Source of the DNA: Candidatus Parcubacteria bacterium
GTDB taxonomy: Bacteria; Patescibacteriota; Minisyncoccia; Phycocordibacterales; UBA918
Assembly (NCBI GenBank): GCA_021731405.1
Contig: JAKFXN010000006.1
Span: 1-59,935, forward strand
Reading direction: 5' to 3'
Length of the DNA stretch: 59,935 nt
Below the pieces are notes generated by a model. The model had not been told where the DNA came from. It made no database searches and saw nothing but the letters and a program-made list of their open reading frames with translations. The position numbers and the translations under genes are program-made. Below are positions 35,913 to 45,399 of the stretch, in pieces; within the stretch, counting starts at the first letter, position 1; each line of letters begins with the position of its first letter.

Positions 35913-36665
35913 TTACCGTCGATTAGGGACAAAGCAGCTTACCGTATCTCCACCAGAAGAGACTGTTCCGGTTCCTCCAGAGCGAGTACATTCAGCTGAA
36001 GCGGTGATACATTGGTACGTATATCCACTCGGGGCATTGGTATCAGGTGTACTATCGCAAGGAATGTTTATTGAGTTGCCGTATGAGCAGCTAATGCTGT
36101 TGTTTATTGGTGAGCCAAGAGCGTTTGTTCGTGCTTGGGGTCTGCCACCGTCAGCGATGCAAGTCTCAGAAACGGCTCTACAGTCAAATGAGTTATTGGT
36201 ACTGTCGTAGGCGCAGTTTGCTGTTGTTGGTGTGGTGCGCAAAGGGGCAGGAGAACCTCCCCCACCTCCACCTGCGCCAGAACTATTACTTGGTACTTGG
36301 TCTACCGGTCCCACAAAGAGAGTTGTTTGGGTGAGCTGGGGGTTAATGATATTGAGAATTAAAACCGCTGAGATTACCACCAAAAGTCCAATAAGTGCTC
36401 CTTGAATGTCACTCTTAGCTTCTGATTTACTGGTGACGACATCTGAGAGCATGTACTTTACTCCAGCCACAATAATCTTTATGACCGCGAGGAGAGCCGC
36501 AATGCTAATAGAGAGCGCGTACAGGATGTTGATATAGCTATTGATATCAGTTGAAGGATTAGAAAGTCCTGGAATACCAACGAGTGGCTGAAACTGCGCC
36601 AAAGAAACTACTGGCAGAAGCAGCAATGAGAGGAAAAGTACTTGCTGAATAGTTTTAGAATTCAT
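35913..36665 (-). CDS. VirB2/TrbC-like pilin fused to a Cys-rich C-terminal domain
   Basis: Signal peptide; LLAVIKIIVAGVKYM...EAKSDIQGALIGLL...ILNIINPQL pilin hairpin; poly-Gly linker; 8 Cys. Start at MNSK. Confidence 0.75.
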   Translation of the reverse strand: MNSKTIQQVLFLSLLLLPVVSLAQFQPLVGIPGLSNPSTDINSYINILYALSISIAALLAVIKIIVAGVKYMLSDVVTSKSEAKSDIQGALIGLLVVISAVLILNIINPQLTQTTLFVGPVDQVPSNSSGAGGGGGGSPAPLRTTPTTANCAYDSTNNSFDCRAVSETCIADGGRPQARTNALGSPINNSISCSYGNSINIPCDSTPDTNAPSGYTYQCITASAECTRSGGTGTVSSGGDTVSCFVPNRR

Positions 36666-37833
36666 ACATCCAAAGAGTGTTATCGTTTTTGTTAATAAAA
36701 TATAAGGCACTTCCCCCTTCACCCACCTGAAGTTGAGTTGCGTCTATTTCACGATTACTTTCTACATAGGTGTCCGCCAAAAGTTCAGCGGTGAAATCCT
36801 CCGTGTAGATAGCGTAAAGGGAGTCTTTAAATGAGAGTATTCCTTGGTACCACCTGTCTGGGGACTCGTATGGAACAGATGTTGATTCTTGAGCGCAGAT
36901 GATAGTAGTGCCTGATTCTGGGAGGAAACACTTTTCTGGTAGGGTGTAAGAGTCAAGGGCACGCTCTGCTTTTGTTTTTCGATTATACAGGTAGGTGGTA
37001 GGGACTTCTTTTACCGAAGTGGTATACACAATTAATTCGTCATTTGCTTTGGCAGTGAACCCAAAGCCATCAATTGGTAGACGGGTGAGCTTTCCCGCCT
37101 TGGCTTCATAGAGGAAGCCCTCAAGTGCGTAGCTCGCTTTCGGGTAGGCATAGTGTGAGTCATCCGCCTTCTCTCCCCACTCTATCCGCGCATCACGATA
37201 AGGAAGTGTAAAAAGAACCCGCTCTTTGGTGGTGTCTGCATTGTAGGCACTGGCTACCGTACTCCCTTCTCCTTGTTCGGCAAACAACAACTCGCCTGAT
37301 TTGGGAATACTAAAGTCACTGACCTCGGCACTAAATGAACTAAGTACCAAGTCGGTTGGAGTGGTGGTACCAAGTACTCCCAATACCAGGTTCAGGTTTT
37401 TTGAATTGGTCGGGCTCGCAATAGCTACTAATGTTCCATCATTTGATATTTCAGCAACGCTTGCTTTTGGTATCGTTGTCCCAGAAATACGCACTTCTTC
37501 CCCACTGCCGAGGTTGATTGAAAAAATATGTCCAGTTCCCATTTCAGCGTAGTAGAGAGAAGGAACAGTGTTGGTAGCGGTCACAATTTCCCTAAAACCA
37601 ATAACCGGCTTGGTAGTGAGCTGCCGTAGTTTTGGACGCTCCATATTTACAGTTGACACCTCTTCTGCTATTGGGGGCGGAACCACAAAAGTATCTTCAC
37701 TACCGCTAAGTCCTAGCTCTGCAAAAACGTCATTCGCTGTTTGTGGAGTACCAAAAAAGAGTAGATACGCCCAGACTGCCACCAACACAAGAACAATGAG
37801 GGCACCAACGATAATAAAAACTTGTTGTTTCAT
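36655..37833 (-). CDS. Membrane-anchored extracellular protein, possibly beta-propeller
   Basis: N-terminal TM helix and beta-rich body. Confidence 0.6.
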   Translation of the reverse strand: MKQQVFIIVGALIVLVLVAVWAYLLFFGTPQTANDVFAELGLSGSEDTFVVPPPIAEEVSTVNMERPKLRQLTTKPVIGFREIVTATNTVPSLYYAEMGTGHIFSINLGSGEEVRISGTTIPKASVAEISNDGTLVAIASPTNSKNLNLVLGVLGTTTPTDLVLSSFSAEVSDFSIPKSGELLFAEQGEGSTVASAYNADTTKERVLFTLPYRDARIEWGEKADDSHYAYPKASYALEGFLYEAKAGKLTRLPIDGFGFTAKANDELIVYTTSVKEVPTTYLYNRKTKAERALDSYTLPEKCFLPESGTTIICAQESTSVPYESPDRWYQGILSFKDSLYAIYTEDFTAELLADTYVESNREIDATQLQVGEGGSALYFINKNDNTLWMYEF

Positions 37834-37837
37834 AATA

Positions 37838-38794
37838 TTAATAATTTACCCTAAAAGCACTTTCTCCACCTTGAAGTAACTGAGTAAGATTGCGGACGTG
37901 GAAGTTTACATTTGAAACACCTGTCCCCGCGTCCCGAGCAACCGTTATCTCATAAGGGTTTCCAGCACTCTCACTACTTTTATTTCCATCAATTTCCCAC
38001 TCTAGAAGCTCAGGGTTGTTGTAGGTTAAGATATCTAGGTAATATGGCTCGGCTTGAACTGAGGCACTTGTCCCAATAAGAGACACTGAAGTAAGAGGTT
38101 TGGTCTTGAGACCATAGAGACTACTTGTCTCATAAAAATAAACTACTGGTCTTACTGAGAGAACTTCAATCGTTTTTCTCATAACCACCTCCCCGTTTGT
38201 TTTACTCACGTCTAAAGTGAGTAAGACTAATTGACCAATTGGTGTCTCGAAAGAAATTTTATTTTTGCCGCGAAGTGATCCCCCATCAATAACAGTGTTA
38301 TTTACCCGCCAAGTAAATAGAAGGTCGCTCATTGCGGTCGGGTACCCTTCCAGTAAAGCGGTAGCATTAATAGTGCTCCCAATACTTGGCAAAGCTCGAC
38401 CTTGGTAAAAAGAAGGAGTTCGGGTCTGTGGCTCAACAACAATATCTAAAAAAACAGGTGTGATAGTTTTGCGGACAGTCATTGTTCCTCCGGTGCTGAG
38501 GCTGATGGTAGCGCTCACGACCATACTCTCCCCCACCTCTTTAGCAGTTAGTGAGACGGTACGAGTGTTCTGTGCGGCAGCAATTACCTCTCCATCCACT
38601 TCCCAACGGATACTTGAAGCTGATCCAGAGAGCGAATAGTCATTGAGTGAGGCTGTGAAAGCCTCACCTGGTGCAGGGTATAGTGGCAGTAAATCGATAG
38701 TCGCCACTTGATTCACAAGTGATGAGCTTATTTGAGCCTGCGCAAAAATAAGTGGAGTAAAAATAATAACGAGCGCTAAAAAGACATACTTCAT
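37838..38794 (-). CDS. Secreted Ig/PKD-like domain protein
   Basis: Signal peptide MKYVFLAL...AQA; repeated xW-x-VxG strands; TATGAT 6 nt upstream of 38794. Confidence 0.6.
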   Translation of the reverse strand: MKYVFLALVIIFTPLIFAQAQISSSLVNQVATIDLLPLYPAPGEAFTASLNDYSLSGSASSIRWEVDGEVIAAAQNTRTVSLTAKEVGESMVVSATISLSTGGTMTVRKTITPVFLDIVVEPQTRTPSFYQGRALPSIGSTINATALLEGYPTAMSDLLFTWRVNNTVIDGGSLRGKNKISFETPIGQLVLLTLDVSKTNGEVVMRKTIEVLSVRPVVYFYETSSLYGLKTKPLTSVSLIGTSASVQAEPYYLDILTYNNPELLEWEIDGNKSSESAGNPYEITVARDAGTGVSNVNFHVRNLTQLLQGGESAFRVNY

Positions 38795-38840
38795 ACTAGT
38801 ATCATAACAAACAATATGTTCAAAAAAGGACTTAAGGTGC

Positions 38841-39689
38841 TTATTTTGGGTATTTCCACACTGCCCACATCCAAGGCAGGGCGCACGGAAAAAGGTTAAA
38901 AACTGGTACACTATATCCAACAATGGCTAAGATAAACATGCCCATCTTGAGGCCAGCGCCTTCACCAGAAAGCGGTCGCAAAAGAGCCATTGTATATTGT
39001 AAGTAAATCACCATGAGGGTAAAAAATCCTAGTGCTAAAACAAGAACATAAGTAAGCAGGAACAAACTCTCAGACATTTCAATCAGTCTAATATCAAATC
39101 CAAAGAGTAAACCAATTCCAGCCAAGGATTTTTCTGCTATCCAAGCAGCGGCTGAGATAAGGATGTTTGATGAGCTTAAGAAAGCATTAATGGTGCCAGA
39201 AATAGCAAAGGTAATTAAACTAAATAGAGCGGCCGGTAATTGAACTCCTGACCATAGTGCGGTGCCCCAACTAAAAACAGACACGTTAACCCTAGAGGCA
39301 CTGAGCTTGGCCCGTAGCAACTTAGCTTTTTGGGTCACGTTCTTTGCATGCTGCTGTTGTGCGGCTGCCATTCCACGAGCGTAGTAGTCTTGCTCAGCAA
39401 GATTGTTTTCCTCGTCTTCTTCACCATATTCATCATCATTAGAAGCTTCAATTTTAGGGATTCTATTTCGAGCAGTGGTTGGCTGCAGGCCGCGGGTCTG
39501 GTAGTCAGCATTAAATATCTCGTCATTGCTGGCATTTTGAGGAAGCGGGGTTTGCTGTAAATACGCAAAATCATCATTAATACGCGTCCCGCCCAGCCTC
39601 TCAACATTACGAATTTGTTTTGAACGCGGGGTGACGGTCACCCTAGTAGCGGTGTCGCGATAGTCACTTTTTTTCTGGGGCAGCGCCAT
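38841..39689 (-). CDS. Membrane protein of the T4SS-like cluster
   Basis: Charged N-terminus and about 4 C-terminal TM helices. Confidence 0.65.
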   Translation of the reverse strand: MALPQKKSDYRDTATRVTVTPRSKQIRNVERLGGTRINDDFAYLQQTPLPQNASNDEIFNADYQTRGLQPTTARNRIPKIEASNDDEYGEEDEENNLAEQDYYARGMAAAQQQHAKNVTQKAKLLRAKLSASRVNVSVFSWGTALWSGVQLPAALFSLITFAISGTINAFLSSSNILISAAAWIAEKSLAGIGLLFGFDIRLIEMSESLFLLTYVLVLALGFFTLMVIYLQYTMALLRPLSGEGAGLKMGMFILAIVGYSVPVFNLFPCALPWMWAVWKYPK

Positions 39690-39703
39690 ATACTAAAAGT
39701 ATA

Positions 39704-41503
39704 CTATACGCGTGAAGCTTGAAGTTCTTCTCGAGCCTTCTTAATTTGAAGAATTTGTGAAGGGTCTGAGGTGATAATCTGATCTTCCGTATAAGAAGCA
39801 ATCACCTTAATGGCTACGTGTTTAAGTCCTGCAAAGAAGATTCCCTCCCCCACACTTGATTCAAGAAGTAAAAACTTTTCCTCATCAGTTAAGTTAAAGG
39901 TTTTTTGAATATTATCAATAGCGGTTGGTGATTGCTTCATCAAAAACTGGAGTGATGAGTTAGTGATCATTGGAACACCATAAGGGGAACGGAGGAAGTC
40001 ATCAACGTCTTGGGTGATAGTAGCAATCCCAAGGTAGTACTTTCGTCCACGCTTAGCGAGACTAAAGAGAAATGAAGCGGTGTCTTCTGATTTCATCATC
40101 CACCATGCCTCGTCAATCACCAGCAGGCGCTTGGCTAACCTTCGTCGGACAGAGCCCCAAATAAAGTTGGTGATGATGTACATCGCAATGGTCTTGAGCT
40201 CATCTTCCATGTCGCGTAGGGAGAACACCACAAATTTTTGGTTGATATCAACATTGGTGGCTTTGTTCATAAAGCCAGACCAGGTACCAGAAGTGTATTT
40301 TTGGAGGCGGGCAATGAGCGAGGAGCTTCCGTCCATTCCAGCCAAGACCATTTCAAAGTCAGAGAGAAGTGGCGGTTCCTGATTACTAAAGTCTGAATCA
40401 CCAGTGATATCCTTAAGAGCATAGGTTTCTTGAATAGCGAGGTCTAGCACGGTCTCTTCTTCTGGTGAAAGACCACCCAGCATAAGTCGAAAGAGTCCGA
40501 TAAGCTCGATAATATGTGTTCGCAAGACGTCTTTTGGACTCTCGTCTTCTTGTGGTGCAGGTAAGTCAAAAGGATTGATGTGGTGGTCAGAAGAAAGGGA
40601 GATGTTGAAAAAACGACCGCCGGTAGCTTCAGCGAGATATTCGTATTCGCGTTCTGGGTCAAGCACAATCACCTCTGTCCCAAACATCAACGAGCGAAGG
40701 ATTTCGAGTTTGAGAGCGTAAGACTTTCCTGCTCCCGAGGTGGCGAAGGTTACTGAGTTGTAGTTGGTAAGTGAAAAACGATCAAACAGAACCAGCGAAG
40801 AGTTGTGGCGATTGATGCCGTAGAGAATACCGGTGTCGGTGGTGAGGTCAAAGGAAGTAAATGGAAAGAAGCTTGAGAGCGGCGAAGAGTTAAATTTACT
40901 GTGCACCAACAGTTCGTCGGTACCGAGCGGGAAAATACTCTGCATCCCCTGTTCTTGCTGAAAGAGAGCGGGCTTTACATAAATGAGTCTTGAATCAAGG
41001 ATACCTTTGATATCCGACTCAGCCTTGTTGAGAGCAGCTTCATCTTTCCCGTAGACAGTCAGGTAGAGACCGACATTAAAAAGCTTCTCTTCCGCTTGCT
41101 GAAGTTTGTCGCGGAGTTCTTCAAGGTTGCGGTAGGCGGCTTCGAGCTGAGGGTCACGCACCTCCCCTTTTTCAGCTTTAATATTCATTTGACTTTGTAC
41201 CTCGGCCACTTTTTTCTGGAACTTCTTAAGCGTCTCAGTGGTATCAATAGGATGAATAACAATTGAGATGTCGAGCTCCTTTTCAATATTAAGAATTGGT
41301 TCAATCCAACCTTCGTTTAGGTAACGAGGGTACGACACTACATAAAATACCCGAGCGCTCATTCCGCTTACGTTTATACTCCGTGGTCCGATGTTGATTG
41401 CCGAAGGAGCAATCACGTCAGTCAGAGTCATAAGCTGATCGCTCACCGACGGATTGTCGTTTTGAGTATTGTTTTTTGGTTGTAGGAAGTCAAATAAGCT
41501 CAT
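39704..41503 (-). CDS. VirB4/TraC-like ATPase
   Basis: ATSGAGKS Walker A, VLDPEREY, INPFD, LLVIDEAW Walker B, RGRKY, TITQD. Confidence 0.9.
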   Translation of the reverse strand: MSLFDFLQPKNNTQNDNPSVSDQLMTLTDVIAPSAINIGPRSINVSGMSARVFYVVSYPRYLNEGWIEPILNIEKELDISIVIHPIDTTETLKKFQKKVAEVQSQMNIKAEKGEVRDPQLEAAYRNLEELRDKLQQAEEKLFNVGLYLTVYGKDEAALNKAESDIKGILDSRLIYVKPALFQQEQGMQSIFPLGTDELLVHSKFNSSPLSSFFPFTSFDLTTDTGILYGINRHNSSLVLFDRFSLTNYNSVTFATSGAGKSYALKLEILRSLMFGTEVIVLDPEREYEYLAEATGGRFFNISLSSDHHINPFDLPAPQEDESPKDVLRTHIIELIGLFRLMLGGLSPEEETVLDLAIQETYALKDITGDSDFSNQEPPLLSDFEMVLAGMDGSSSLIARLQKYTSGTWSGFMNKATNVDINQKFVVFSLRDMEDELKTIAMYIITNFIWGSVRRRLAKRLLVIDEAWWMMKSEDTASFLFSLAKRGRKYYLGIATITQDVDDFLRSPYGVPMITNSSLQFLMKQSPTAIDNIQKTFNLTDEEKFLLLESSVGEGIFFAGLKHVAIKVIASYTEDQIITSDPSQILQIKKAREELQASRV

Positions 41504-41506
41504 AGT

Positions 41507-42139
41507 TTACGTGTTAAATACTGGCGCCGCTCCGGTTGGGTCGGTTGGATTATAGATGTGGTAATAGAGCTCAACCAGATCCTCTGTCTTTAAAGGAATG
41601 GTACGTACTCCGACCCGTGAGAGTCCTTGTTCTACAACCGCCACGCGTTGTTCAAGCTGAATACGTTGCTCTTCAAACCGAACGTCAGACGGCACAGCTT
41701 TGTTTCCTGGAGTAAAGAGTGAAGTCAGTCCTTTGGTGAGATTAATTGGTGAAGGAGTATATGGCACCACCACAAAAAAGTTTTTACTCATAACGTCTAC
41801 TTCCCTAGTGAAGGTACGAATAAATTCCATGTATTCACGAAGTTGAATACGCATGAGATCATTGTCTTGAGCAGATTCGCGTGTTGCCAAAAGGGCGAGG
41901 TAGGGTTCAATGTTTAGCCTTCTTGACTGTACGTATATCTGAAGTGAAAAATCAAGTGTGTTAAGAAAGGTTTGAAATTGCTGCAAAATAGCTTGTTGCT
42001 CATCTTGTGACTTGAGGGCGAAGTTTACCGAAGAAGCCAAAAGAACAGAGCACATTTGCCCGCTTTTAAGAATAACGACATCGTCTTTGATATCGCGAAT
42101 GGCTACAAAGTCTTGTGAGGCTGGGGTGGCTTTTGGCAT
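41507..42139 (-). CDS. Conserved PrgI/VirB4-adjacent protein
   Basis: SSVNFALKSQDEQ, LDFSLQIYVQSR, KNFFVVVPY, LVELYYHIYNP. Confidence 0.7.
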   Translation of the reverse strand: MPKATPASQDFVAIRDIKDDVVILKSGQMCSVLLASSVNFALKSQDEQQAILQQFQTFLNTLDFSLQIYVQSRRLNIEPYLALLATRESAQDNDLMRIQLREYMEFIRTFTREVDVMSKNFFVVVPYTPSPINLTKGLTSLFTPGNKAVPSDVRFEEQRIQLEQRVAVVEQGLSRVGVRTIPLKTEDLVELYYHIYNPTDPTGAAPVFNT

Positions 42140-42140
42140 G

Positions 42141-42560
42141 TTATTCTTTTTTTTGTAAAGCTTCTAATTCGAGGCGTCTGGCGAGAGAGGTGATGTTTTG
42201 TTGATTATTTGTACGAGAGATGTTTGGCAAAGGCTCGCTAGGAATCTGACTTGGAGTAAATTGGTACTTATGGATTGCCTGGGTCTTTCGTTTCCAAAGA
42301 TACAGCTTATTTCCTTTTAGGTAGCCAATAATTGCTTCGAGAAAAAAAGAAAAAGGTCGGTTATTGACTGGATAAAAAGCCAGCGCACCAGCTAAAAGTG
42401 CGAGCGGCAGTCCAAAAATCAAAAAGATGATAAACGGAGTCGTAAAAAACAAAACTGCCCCCATCCCTACTCCACCGCCGAGGTAGAGGAATTGTCGCCA
42501 AGTCAGTGGACCAAAGATTTTATCTTCAATTTCAATAAATTGTGGGACCTCAAATCGCAT
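42141..42560 (-). CDS. PrgI family protein (VirB3 analogue)
   Basis: MRFEVPQFIEIEDKIFGPLTWRQF, two TM helices, RPF; TGTATAAT 6 nt upstream of 42560. Confidence 0.88.
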   Translation of the reverse strand: MRFEVPQFIEIEDKIFGPLTWRQFLYLGGGVGMGAVLFFTTPFIIFLIFGLPLALLAGALAFYPVNNRPFSFFLEAIIGYLKGNKLYLWKRKTQAIHKYQFTPSQIPSEPLPNISRTNNQQNITSLARRLELEALQKKE

Positions 42561-42622
42561 AGCTCTATTATACACGGTGTATTTGTCTTCGTGGTTCTTT
42601 TGTACGGTTCTATCCCCAAGCG

Positions 42623-42653
42623 AAATCCCCGCTAAGTATCTTAGCGGGGATTT
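42623..42653. terminator. Terminator inside the T4SS-like cluster
   Basis: 14-bp inverted repeat AAATCCCCGCTAAG/CTTAGCGGGGATTT. Confidence 0.75.
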
Positions 42654-42661
42654 TTGGTTTG

Positions 42662-43171
42662 TTATTTCTGCAATAGGTTCGATTGGTCGCTACTATAGGT
42701 TGACTCTTGTGTGTTTTCATAACCAACTATTTTTCCATCTCCGGCCATGGTACGAATCGAGTGAATCGGAGGGATGTTTATTGCCCGCATCGCCGCCTCC
42801 GTTTCTTCAATTTCAGACAGTATTGTCTCTGGCTCCGCCACACTACTGGCTTTTGCAATCGCTTCAGTTGTAGCTTCATGGAGGGTGCGGATATCTAGCG
42901 GAAGCGCAAGGTGCATGGCTTGAGACATAAGCGAGGCATCTTTTTCTGGGATAGGTAGTTCAGCTGCAATGAAAGAAGCTAGTTCGGTGCGAGTTAGGAA
43001 GAAGAGTAGGTAGAGCACAAACCCGTTTTCCAGTACGGCATCTTGTTCCTCGTTGAGGTTGTAGGTTTCAGAAAAAGTTCCAGCAATAATCTGGGGGAAG
43101 CCACTAGAAAGAAATTCACGATAGGTAGGGTCTAGTTCAGAGATTCTTTTTGAAATGATGGGATCTTGCAT
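42662..43171 (-). CDS. Hypothetical acidic cytoplasmic protein
   Basis: 169-aa ORF co-oriented in the cluster; IRTMAGD motif. Confidence 0.6.
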   Translation of the reverse strand: MQDPIISKRISELDPTYREFLSSGFPQIIAGTFSETYNLNEEQDAVLENGFVLYLLFFLTRTELASFIAAELPIPEKDASLMSQAMHLALPLDIRTLHEATTEAIAKASSVAEPETILSEIEETEAAMRAINIPPIHSIRTMAGDGKIVGYENTQESTYSSDQSNLLQK

Positions 43172-43188
43172 AGTAGAGACTTAAGAAT

Positions 43189-45372
43189 TTATTCATCATC
43201 TGCTTTTGGTTCAGCTTTCGCCGGAGCTCCTTCTAGATCTTTCATTTGTTCAGTAAGAATCTTCAGATTCTCCTCTTTGTTTTTGGCTTTCTTTCGTACG
43301 GTACCGTCTGTGCCGTAGATTTTCTTGAGATTGTCAGCCGACGCTTGATTCTGTTGTCCGTAAGACCTGACAATAAGTGCCCCAGCTGCACCACCAGCTA
43401 GAACTGCACCACCTGTGCCAAGGGTGCCAAGTGTACTAAGTGCCCCTGCCCCAGCTACACCAGCTGCTCCACCAGTGACGGTTGCGCCATTAGAACGCCA
43501 TTTAGCAGCCCCTCGTTCTTGTCTTTGGATAAAGGCCAGCTGCTTTTCAAAGGTCACTCTTGATTCTGCGGCTTCTATCGCTTCTTTGTTGGCTATCGCC
43601 ACTTGGTCGCTCGCTTTTTTAGCTTTTTTAGCCGCCTCGTCAAACCCCTTCTCAAGAGTAAGTACAGCTGAACCTGATTTTTCCAGGGCACTCTTAGCTT
43701 CCGCTAAGTCTTTATCAATAGCGTCAATCTCAGGCTGTAGAATAGTTTTCTTTTTGTCTTGTTCAAGTTTTTGTATCTTGTCAGTAAGGGCCTTTCGTTC
43801 GCCAGCAATGTTTTTCTTGGCATCTTCAAGCTCCTGTGCCGCTTTCTCCTTCGCGAGCTTGGCTTCCATTTCAATTTCTTTGGTGATATTTAGGTTTGAT
43901 TTTGGATTATCTCGTATCTCAGCCAGATTCTTTTCCACTTGCTCACCAATCTGTGCGTCTACGTACTTACCTCGAAGATCTTTCTCCACCTTAGTTTCTC
44001 CCAGTGACTTGGCAAATTCAGCATCAGCTTTGTTTTTAGCATCAACTCTTGATTTAAAACCACCTTTAGTACCAGTACCAATACCAGCTGCCGCCCCAAA
44101 GCCAGCCACTTGGCGAGCGTCAAAAGAAGTATCAGCTACTACCTTCGTAGCCTTCAGAGCCTTTTCTCCTACCCAACTCTTAGCAGCAAATTTTTGGAAG
44201 CCTTTCTTGTCAGATAGTGTTTGTGCATAAGAACCAAACGTTCGTTGGCCAGCTTTTGCCGCCGCCCCAAAGGTAACAGCTCCAGCCCCCCTCTGGACAT
44301 ACTTTCTAGTCCCTGAGCTCATGCGCTTACCTAAGCTGAGAGCGCTGGTTGCTCCCTGCGCCCCCATCTTTTGGGCTACTACCAGCGCAGCAATCATAAA
44401 GACGGCGGTAAGAATAAAATAGGGAATGGTCGCCGCAAAACCTGGTTCTGGGTTTCGTGCACCAAATACATCAGCCATCTGAGCGGTTCCAGCAGAGACG
44501 CCACGCATGTTGACGAGTATCTGGTGTGCGAAGTAGAGCATCAAAATATAGGCTGGGGCAAAGAAAGCGCGACCTAAGAAGCCTTTCCAGTAGTCGCGAG
44601 AGACACTGCTAAAGCCAGGGAATACCATACCAAGAAACATAAGCGGCGAAAGAATCATATAGATATTCAGGACTGCAAACCGAATCATAAGGAGGAGTCC
44701 GCCAGCTGCAAACACAAAGGCCGCTACTATATATAAGATAAGAGAACCAAAAATAAAAGCAAATCCCCTTGAGGTGGTCATCTCTGCCAACGAAGGCCCG
44801 GTACTGAAGAGGCCAGAAAGTCCCATCAGGTTCATGAAGCCGTCAGAGACAGCGTAATCCCCTGCGTTATTAAATCCAGCCGCGAGCTGGGTAGCAGCGA
44901 TGTTTGAAAAATCGATTACGAACTTCGTAATAAAAAGACTGAAGTTTACTAAAAGTGCGGCCAAGACAAGTGATCCGAGCATTCGCTTGGCGCTACTGTC
45001 TCCGCTATTAAAAATCATCTTAAAGCCGATGTAGACTAGACCAAAGATGAAGGTAAGGTTGAAGATGTCGCGAACGGTAGACCAGAGGTTGTCGATAGTC
45101 CAGCCGAGTCCTGAAGTTCGATAGAGTTCACCAAAACCAACAACGTACGTCCCCACGGCTTCATTGAGGAGAAGACCAGCTAGTCCAGCCAGTGTACCAA
45201 AGACCACGTTTACAATGGTGTAGAGAAGACCCTGGAGGCCAGTCATCAATAAGCCTCTGTCGGCATTAGTAGCTTGAGCAAATAGCAATTGCGGGAGCAA
45301 AAACAGGGCACAGAAAAAGAGGACGGAAGCTAGAAGGGCGTACATTTTTGTTCTAGTGAAAGGAGCGATCAT
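43189..45372 (-). CDS. VirB6/TrbL-like polytopic membrane protein with coiled-coil and Gly-rich tail
   Basis: WSTVRDIFN, LLVNFSLFITKFVID, FFAPAY and many TM segments; C-terminal K/E/A coiled coil. Confidence 0.72.
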   Translation of the reverse strand: MIAPFTRTKMYALLASVLFFCALFLLPQLLFAQATNADRGLLMTGLQGLLYTIVNVVFGTLAGLAGLLLNEAVGTYVVGFGELYRTSGLGWTIDNLWSTVRDIFNLTFIFGLVYIGFKMIFNSGDSSAKRMLGSLVLAALLVNFSLFITKFVIDFSNIAATQLAAGFNNAGDYAVSDGFMNLMGLSGLFSTGPSLAEMTTSRGFAFIFGSLILYIVAAFVFAAGGLLLMIRFAVLNIYMILSPLMFLGMVFPGFSSVSRDYWKGFLGRAFFAPAYILMLYFAHQILVNMRGVSAGTAQMADVFGARNPEPGFAATIPYFILTAVFMIAALVVAQKMGAQGATSALSLGKRMSSGTRKYVQRGAGAVTFGAAAKAGQRTFGSYAQTLSDKKGFQKFAAKSWVGEKALKATKVVADTSFDARQVAGFGAAAGIGTGTKGGFKSRVDAKNKADAEFAKSLGETKVEKDLRGKYVDAQIGEQVEKNLAEIRDNPKSNLNITKEIEMEAKLAKEKAAQELEDAKKNIAGERKALTDKIQKLEQDKKKTILQPEIDAIDKDLAEAKSALEKSGSAVLTLEKGFDEAAKKAKKASDQVAIANKEAIEAAESRVTFEKQLAFIQRQERGAAKWRSNGATVTGGAAGVAGAGALSTLGTLGTGGAVLAGGAAGALIVRSYGQQNQASADNLKKIYGTDGTVRKKAKNKEENLKILTEQMKDLEGAPAKAEPKADDE

Positions 45373-45399
45373 AACAATACGTTTAGTATACAGTACCGC

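Noticed and set aside
43415-44230. 271-aa + strand ORF
   Set aside because: Antisense shadow of the Ala/Lys-rich VirB6-like gene; low-complexity S/A/F translation with no motifs.
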